The notes below the pieces were generated by a model. The model saw only the letters and a list, made by a program, of their open reading frames with translations, made no database searches and was not told the origin of the DNA. This document shows positions 56,748-64,000 of a stretch of 64,000 bases of DNA, piece after piece. A program made the translations under genes and the position numbers. The stretch's first letter is position 1, and the number at the start of each line of letters is the position of its first letter. This DNA is from Octopus vulgaris (lineage: Eukaryota): assembly GCA_951406725.2 (NCBI GenBank), contig OX597824.1, forward strand, positions 97,154,001 to 97,218,000. The letters are read 5' to 3'.

Positions 56748-57118
56748 TTACATCCGCCTTAGGGAAGGCGGAGGTCTTGTTTCAGTTGTGTTTGTTTGTT
56801 TGTTTGTGTGTCCGTGGACAAGATATCTCAAGAACCGCTGAATAGATTCGGATGAAACTTTCAGGGATGTTTAGCCTCATTACTGGCACGCACTGATTAA
56901 ATTTGGGATCGATCCGGTACCGGCCAAGGACTCTGGATTATCTTTTGTTTTTAACTTAATTTTTTTGAGAGCGGTCGAGTCTATTTTTAGTATTCTTGTT
57001 TGTGAGAGCAGAACAGTTTATTTCAGATATTCCAATACTAAAAATCCTCTCCAGCTAATCGTTGAGAGGGCTTTGGTGTTGCCTTGGCGGAGGTTGGCGC
57101 TCTCTGAGTGCTCTTGTT
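56748..57118 (+). mobile_element. HINE/DINE-1-like element, full length
   Basis: 5' IR TCCGCCTT-aggg-AAGGCGGA, (TTTG)n, 3' GCCTTGGCGGAGGT plus hairpin GCGCTC-tct-GAGTGC, ends in T-run. Confidence 0.8.
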
Positions 57119-58007
57119 TTAGATTTTAGTCAATGTCTATTTTTCTATGAGTTCTTCTACATCTCTTTTAGTGTTTTCTAGTCTTTGTGAATCTCTGGAA
57201 ATTAGCATTCGTGTTTGGACAGTTTCCGATTTGATTCCTGAAATCATTTATCTTTATTATATTATGAGATATAAGACTGATGTTCCTTAGATATATAACC
57301 ATTCTCTGTTTCGTTCATTTGCCAATCATGCTCTTAGAATCTTGTTTTCAATTTCTAACGCACGCGAGAAGTATGAAAGGCATTGCCTTTGTTTTGCGCT
57401 CACATTAAAATCACGTTACAAAACCCATCATATGGACAGCGTTGTTGATGTTGTTTGATTTCTAAGTGGAAATGATTGGTTTGGTTTTAAATAACGTTCG
57501 ATTATTAGAAGTCGACCGCTTTTTGTTCGATTTCTGTCTCCTTCATTGTTTACTTGCTCAATATAATCACAAGCGTTCTTTCCTATGCAATAATCGCATC
57601 CAACACATTAAACAGTGCCATTCCAACTCATAGTTTTCCCATTTTCATTCCTTTCGTAATTCAATCCTTGGATTTCGTTATGGATATTGGATTTATGCCA
57701 AGTTCTACGCAGAGTTCTGTTTCTAACTTTAACTTATACAATATGGAGTATTTGTTCCGAGTCTTCACGCTCCGAGAACAAATCTGCGCAACGTCATCTA
57801 CTTCTTCTTTCAAACATTCATTGCGCGTTTCCTTCTCTCATTCTGGCAACGTAATCTTTTTTCTGACAGTCCTAGGAATTGCTCTTCACGCCCTCATTTC
57901 CTCAGTGTACTCAGTGTTCACACATTCCCGCAATGTGCTCTTCAGAGACAGGTTTGGATTGTCTCAATATGATTATCAAAAGAATCAACACATTAACGAA
58001 AAGTAAT

Positions 58008-58067
<60 letters not shown>

Positions 58068-58369
58068 ACTTTCTCTGAAATATTCCCTTTTTGTGTTTTT
58101 GCACTTTCTAATTATCAACTTTCGGATTTTAATTCTACTTCCTCGGTTCTCATCACATTTTTTTGTTTTTTCTGTCTCATTTTTGTGTTCCATCGCCTTC
58201 AGAAATTGCTGCACCGACGTCAGAGGAAGAAAAAATAACATCTATTATAATTAACAAGAAATGATTTACTTAAATTTAAATTTGTCCCCCCCCCCCATCT
58301 ATATTCTTTTCTTTCTCTTTTCTCTCCTCTGTCCTGCTTTCGATTCATTTCCCCCATGTTCCTCGTTTC

Positions 58370-58580
58370 CGCTGAGCTGGCAGAATCGCTAGCACATCCA
58401 ACAAAATGTCTGACACCATTTCTTCCGATTCTTTACATTTCGAGTTGCAATAACCACCGAGACTGCCTTAGCTTTTCATCATTTCGGATTCGATAAAAAG
58501 AACGACTTGTATATACTGGGATCGATGTGATTGACTTAGTTCCTCTCTAAAAATTGCTATTCTTGTCCCAATTATCGAAA
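58370..58580 (+). mobile_element. Old SINE B (tail variant 2)
   Basis: GAGCTGGCAGAATCGCTAGCAC...CTTTTCATCATTTCGGATTCGATAAA. Confidence 0.65.
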
Positions 58581-59445
58581 AAATTGTTTGAAAACCTTTA
58601 CTGGAAAAATGAAGAGAAAAAAATAGAAATGGACGATATCAGGAAGCGGGACATTGCTCAGCTATTCAACATCGTCGCCTCCGTTCCAACTGCGTCCAGG
58701 GTCGACAGATTCTGGCCACCACCAATGTGACACTTAGTGACAAACTTAAAACTGATTAATTTCCAAACAATATTTATCAATCTTGAATTATAAGCTATTT
58801 AAAAGCAATTTATTAATTGTTATATAAACATCAGATCTTGTCTTGTGGCTGAGTTTAAGTTTAATCAATAAACGAATTAAAAGCTTAATTAAAATAAACA
58901 AGATATTTAATAATTATTTAAGTTTTGAAAATGAAACAATCATAAATATTCATTTGCTAATTTATTTACAGAAACTAATTGCAAACCTTTAAGAAATTGT
59001 ATTCATTTTGTGTTAATTGCCAATGATTACGAACGAAACTAAATCATTCATCATTATTAGCCATTGATGTACTTGTATCCGGAGCGCCATTGTACCTCAC
59101 CCGCCTCCTCTTGGGAATTGATCGACAATAGCGGAAGAAGATTTTCAACTATTACACACTTGACAGCTTGATGAGTTAACTAACTGGAAGCGGGGATAAT
59201 TAGAAATGAAGTGGGTGGGGATGAAACGATGTTTAATAGGATTAATAATCCATCCTCATTTCGCTGGTTAAGGAACTCACATTACAGTAACAGACACAAT
59301 ATTTACAAAAGTTGAATAAATGATTTGTGCGTCCGTTCACTAATGGTGGATGTCTAACGTCCTCTCACTCCGCTGCTAAGACGAGTTCTGTTTCCTACCA
59401 ACATATATATTGATTTTTAAATACAGCGCGTCCATAGGAGACATT

Positions 59446-59860
59446 GGTTTCAAATTTTAGCACAAGGCCAGTAATTTCGGGGGAGGGAGCAAGTCGGTTA
59501 CGTCGACCCCCAGAACTTAACTCTTATTTTATCAATCTCGATAGGATGAAAGGCAAAGTTGTTCTCGGCGAATTTCAACACAGAACGTAAAGACGGACGA
59601 AGTACCTATTTCTTTACTACCCATAAGGGGCTAAACACAGAGGGGACAAACAAGGACAGACAGACGGATTAAGTCGATTATAACGACCTCAGTGCGTAAC
59701 TGGTACTTAATTTATCGACCCCCGAAAGGATGAAAGGCGAAGTCGACCTCGGCGGAATTTGAACTCAGAACGTAGCGGCAGGCGAAATACGGCTACGCAT
59801 TTCGCCCGGCGTGCTAACGTGTCTGCCAGCTCGCCGGACAAAATACCGCTAAGCATTCTT
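59446..59860 (-). mobile_element. SINE B nested inside an older SINE B
   Basis: Inner copy about 59606-59835 flanked by GGAC(G/A)AA(G/A)TACC duplication. Confidence 0.88.
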
Positions 59861-59999
59861 TACCGATGGACATATTTTCTCCAGACGATTAAAGCAGCAA
59901 ATGTTGTCTTTCCTGATGTATTTACTTTAAGTTTGATACACAAATGGCTACTTTGATTTAATACTACTTGTCTAACAGACAACGTATTAGAACAATCAT

Positions 60000-60135
60000 T
60001 TATATTGCCTAAGAATCGGTATACCTGACAGTATTTCCATCCCTAGGGAATTTATCCCGAACTGGTAATGCTCCCAGGTGGTACTGCCAAGCCAGGGGTT
60101 CCTGGAAGGCATGCTTGGGACCTGGCTCAGCATCA
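60000..60135 (-). pseudogene. Tx1/L1 ORF2 zf-RVT region fragment
   Basis: AFQEPLAWQYHLGALPVRDKFPRDG (W....GALPV...L motif). Confidence 0.65.
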
Positions 60136-60390
60136 TTCCCAATAATAGTAAGAATAACAACAGTGTAACCATGAAACTGATTGGCACACTGTGGAATGGA
60201 ATGGTGTTTGAAATTAGGCAGGCTTCGTTGCAGTTTCCTTCTGTCTAATCTTACTCCCAAAGTTTTGGGAAGTGACACCTATTTATTATATGAAATTACT
60301 TCATGACGTTCTCTCACGGTGGATTCGAACTCGGATCATCATGATTATGAAGTAAAAAAACCTACTTACTCATTGTATTCAGTGTAAATT

Positions 60391-60592
60391 TAAGGCAGCG
60401 ATTAGGCACAACTGGTTGAGCGTCAATAAAACCGCTTTGCAATATATCTTCTGACTCATCACGTTTTGAGTTCAAATTCCGCCGGAGGTGATTTTGCCCT
60501 TCATCCTATAAAGGGTCAATAAAATATGTACTAATTGAGCACTGGGGGTTAATGTAATTCCCTCCCCTAGAAATTGCTGATCTTGAGCTAAA
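60391..60592 (+). mobile_element. Old SINE B (tail variant 2)
   Basis: GAGTTCAAATTCCGCC...TTTGCCCTTCATCC. Confidence 0.7.
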
Positions 60593-60884
60593 AGAAACTA
60601 GAAAGAATTTTATGGTACAGACAATCATATAACCATGGAGACTCACCGGGACGCTGTGACTGAATATAAGAGGCGATTAAAGGGTTGATGTGATAATCAA
60701 ACTCAACATTGAGGGCATATCATACACGATTGTTCTATGTTGAGCTCTGTGATTCATTGGACAGAGTAGCCACTTTCCATGGTACATAAATGACCCGAGT
60801 GGAGAAACGGGTGTTTTGCAAATAACACAGCGCACTGCCCCGTCAGGGAATTGAAACCGTCATCGTAAAATCACCCTAAATACC

Positions 60885-61117
60885 TATTTCTTTACTACCC
60901 ACAAGGGGCTAAACGCAGAGAGGACAAACAAGGACAGACAAACGGATTAAGTCCATTATATCGACCCCAGTGCTTAACTGGTACTTAATTTATCGACTCC
61001 GAAAGGATGAAAGGCAAAGTTGACCTCGGCGTAACTTGAACTCAGAACGTAGCGGCAGACGAAATACGGCTATGCATTTCGCCCGGCGTACTAACGATTC
61101 TGCCAGCTCGCCCCCTT
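60885..61117 (-). mobile_element. SINE B full length, 17-bp TSD
   Basis: AAATCACCCTAAATACC at 60868-60884 and 61118-61134. Confidence 0.93.
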
Positions 61118-63711
61118 AAATCACCCTAAATACCAAGCAAGCGCCTTTACTTGGCATAACATGGTTGTAAATAATAAATTACTTAAACGTTCGGTAAACC
61201 CTATGTCAATATTTAAAGTCATACACGCAGGCACACACACACACACATTATTTCTTTCTGTTTATTGCAGGATGTTTCAGCGATAGAGTTTATTTATTGA
61301 TGAGCTGTTAATGTCTCCACTGAAGCAAGTGTATATCAAATGTAGTTTGAGCAATTCCTCGTAGAATTATTCTGGACACATTCCTACATACGGAACTAAT
61401 CTTAATAGCTTCATGGATGTCGGAACTTAATCCGTTGGAAATCAATAACAATGATTCTGCAATAATTCTTTAACTTCTCACCTTCCATTCTTACCTGATA
61501 TTGCGCTCTCTCTCCATAACTATTTAATTTAATAAAACCCACCATTGTCAATGTTGTCCAAGGAAATTATGTTAAGTTTATCGGGCGTAAGATAGCTATC
61601 AGCTTGAGTGGTAAATCTGCTGCCATATAATTTGCATCAACATTTCCTAACAAGAATCGTCTTCTCTATTCAAAAGATTATCGTTGTTTTACAATATGGA
61701 ACATCAGCGCTGGATAAATAAGCGGATTATAATTTGATCTCTTTTTATTTTCTCCACTGATGGTTCTATTTCTGGTCTTAAAATATGGTTTACCATATTA
61801 GTGACACATTTTTTTTAACGGCATGGAATATTTTTTATGCGCTACTTTAATAGTACATATTCGGTTATTGATCTGCCGTTATCGATATTTTCAATGACTT
61901 TCTTTATCTCCTCCTCCATCGCTTCTCTTTTCTTTATCCTTTTCTTTTTTCCTTTTCTTTCTATTTTCTTTTTCTCTCCTCTCTTCGGTTTTCTTGTCCT
62001 TCTCCCTCACCTCTTCTAACAATGTTCCTCCTCCTCCTTTCCTTTTCCTTTCCTCCCCCTCATTCCCATGGTTCTATAGAAAGAACGAGTTTCTATGCTG
62101 CCTATGTATCGCCTCCTAAATCTTAGTTTGTTCTGTTTCTTATATAAAATAAGCGTAAAGTTTATTTTCATAATTCACGTGGGCAAGGGGAGGGATTTTC
62201 GTGTACCCTGTGTTTTAATGTCGGGTGGTGATTAAAATCTGGGTGTGAAAAATGATTTTATGACCCAGGTGGGTGAGTGTATTGCAGTCATACAACAGTA
62301 AACCGGAAGCAACATATGGGTGAGACAATTACCTTTGGCAGCAAGGGTAATCCTGGATGCGTGGGGTTACATAATTGGCCCCAGTGTGGCTCTCACTCAA
62401 CTAGCACCAAGTATTGCTCCTCTTCCGCATTCTGTTTTTTTCCCCTTAAATTTTCTTCATTGATTTAGAGCAAACATTTATGAATTTGTAAATCCGTCTT
62501 GTATTGGCCTCCCACGCTCGTGGCAAATAATATCACCACCACCACTACTACTACTACTACTCTCATCATCATCTGCATCAGTTTCGTCGTTGTTTTGTTG
62601 GGGATTAATTAGCAGAGAAAATGAAACAGAAATATAAAGGAAGACCTTTTCTGAAAATATCGACGCACAGACAGACAGAATAATTACTTCAAAGAGACAC
62701 ACACGCAAAACTACAACGCAACAGTGAAATACAAACATATAAAAGGAAGAAGAAATGAGAAAAATGAAAAGAAAATAGAAAATTGGAAAGTCAATCAACA
62801 ACGAAGGGAAAATAAAAATGGAATTGGCAGAACAAGTGATGAAACATCCAAATATTACTGAGAGGTCACAAGGGGTTTTGTGAGGTTAAAAAAATTGTTT
62901 TACACTCACGTGATTAAGGATTCTATATATCGTTGCTTGGTACTATAGTTACGTATCATAGGCGACTGTCTCCTACTTCAGTTACGAGTTTACTCATATC
63001 TTGAAGGGGAATTTGCGTAGATTAAAATTGTAGAGAAGCCCAATCAGATGGCCCGAACACGTTGCTGCCTATTTGACTGGTTTAACACCACCAGCTAGTC
63101 ATTGGTCGTCTTTGGTACGATCCACTATATTACAAACATTTTAACCTCTACTTCCACCAAACAGTATTCACGCAGATTCTTTAAATTGTCTTACATTCCT
63201 TACTTGACTAACTTACGTAAATATGACGGTAAAACAACGGGAGTGGTACTCGTACAAAACGTCTGTAAGTATTTAGAATTTAAGAAAACTATTTCGAGTA
63301 TTAATGCCGCTATTCATAATCTACCAATAATGAATTAGCTAAAGCGTTTGTAATTATTAAGAGCAATACATATTTTGCTGGTGAGGAGGATAGAACGAGA
63401 AAGCTTTTACTTATTTTGTAGATCCCAGGAAAAATAAGGCAATTTTCATTGCAATTAGATTTTACGTAAGAACTGAATACAACAAATCATTTTGACTGAC
63501 GTCTTAATGTTTATTTCATTCCATCATGCTCTGACTTGTAACATTGGACCAGTCGAATGTCTCTATATTTTACGACTGCAGAAATAACATTGAGTTATGG
63601 CAGATGATAAAGGGGTGAAGTGGTGGGTGAGAAGAAAGAGATGTTTCAGTCCACCTCTCCCTAGCAGCGTGTTGAGTTCAAATTTCACCTTAACCGTTCA
63701 TTTTTTTTTAG

Positions 63712-64000
63712 AATGGCTCAGTGGTTAGAGCGTCGAGCTTACGATCGTGAGGTTGTGAGCTCGAATCCCGGACCGGGCTGTGTGTTGTGTTCTTGAGCAA
63801 AGCACTTTATTTCACGTTACTCCAGTTCACTCAGCTGTAGAAATGAGTTGCGACGTCACTAGTGCCAAGCTGTATCGACCTTTGTCTTTCCCTTGGATAA
63901 CACTGGTGGCGTGGAGAGGGGAGGCTGGTATGCATGGGCGACTGCTGGTCTTCCATAAACAACCTTGCCCGGACTTGTGTCTAGGAGGGTAACTTTCTAG
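63712..64000 (+). mobile_element. SINE family D, runs off the window end
   Basis: TGGCTCAGTGG (A box), GCTCGAATCCC (B box); body matches 18463-18747. Confidence 0.88.

Noticed and set aside
57400-57950. 150-aa plus-strand ORF / ORF1-like minus-strand reading
   Set aside because: No recognisable domain, and the minus frame has several stops.
61250-61520. Acceptor-like TTTATTGCAG (plus) and donor-like CAG|GTAAGA (minus)
   Set aside because: No matching partner site or recognisable peptide; such sites are expected by chance.

Overview
AT-rich, microsatellite-dense animal DNA with no host protein-coding gene I can support; it looks intronic or intergenic. The repeat families resemble those of an octopod cephalopod (inference). 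Almost every ORF in the track is a microsatellite artefact. The window holds at least four tRNA-derived SINE families (several with clear TSDs), many decayed R4/Dong-type LINE pieces abutting (TAA)n tracts, and a ~4.8-kb (TTA)n array. It also has Tx1/L1 and RTE remnants, a decayed Chapaev3-like transposase, Helentron-associated (HINE/DINE-like) elements, a MITE and Penelope-like pieces. The best signal is a set of minimal hammerhead ribozyme (HHR) motifs with palindromic stem III and covarying 3-8 core pairs (C-G, G-C, U-A), several in fold-back elements. One (18772-19095) appears to join a Pol III tRNA-like head to an intact hammerhead, making it a candidate ribozyme-bearing, Penelope-mobilised SINE. 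Family assignments come from manual translation and motif recall, not database searches. Boundaries of decayed elements are approximate.
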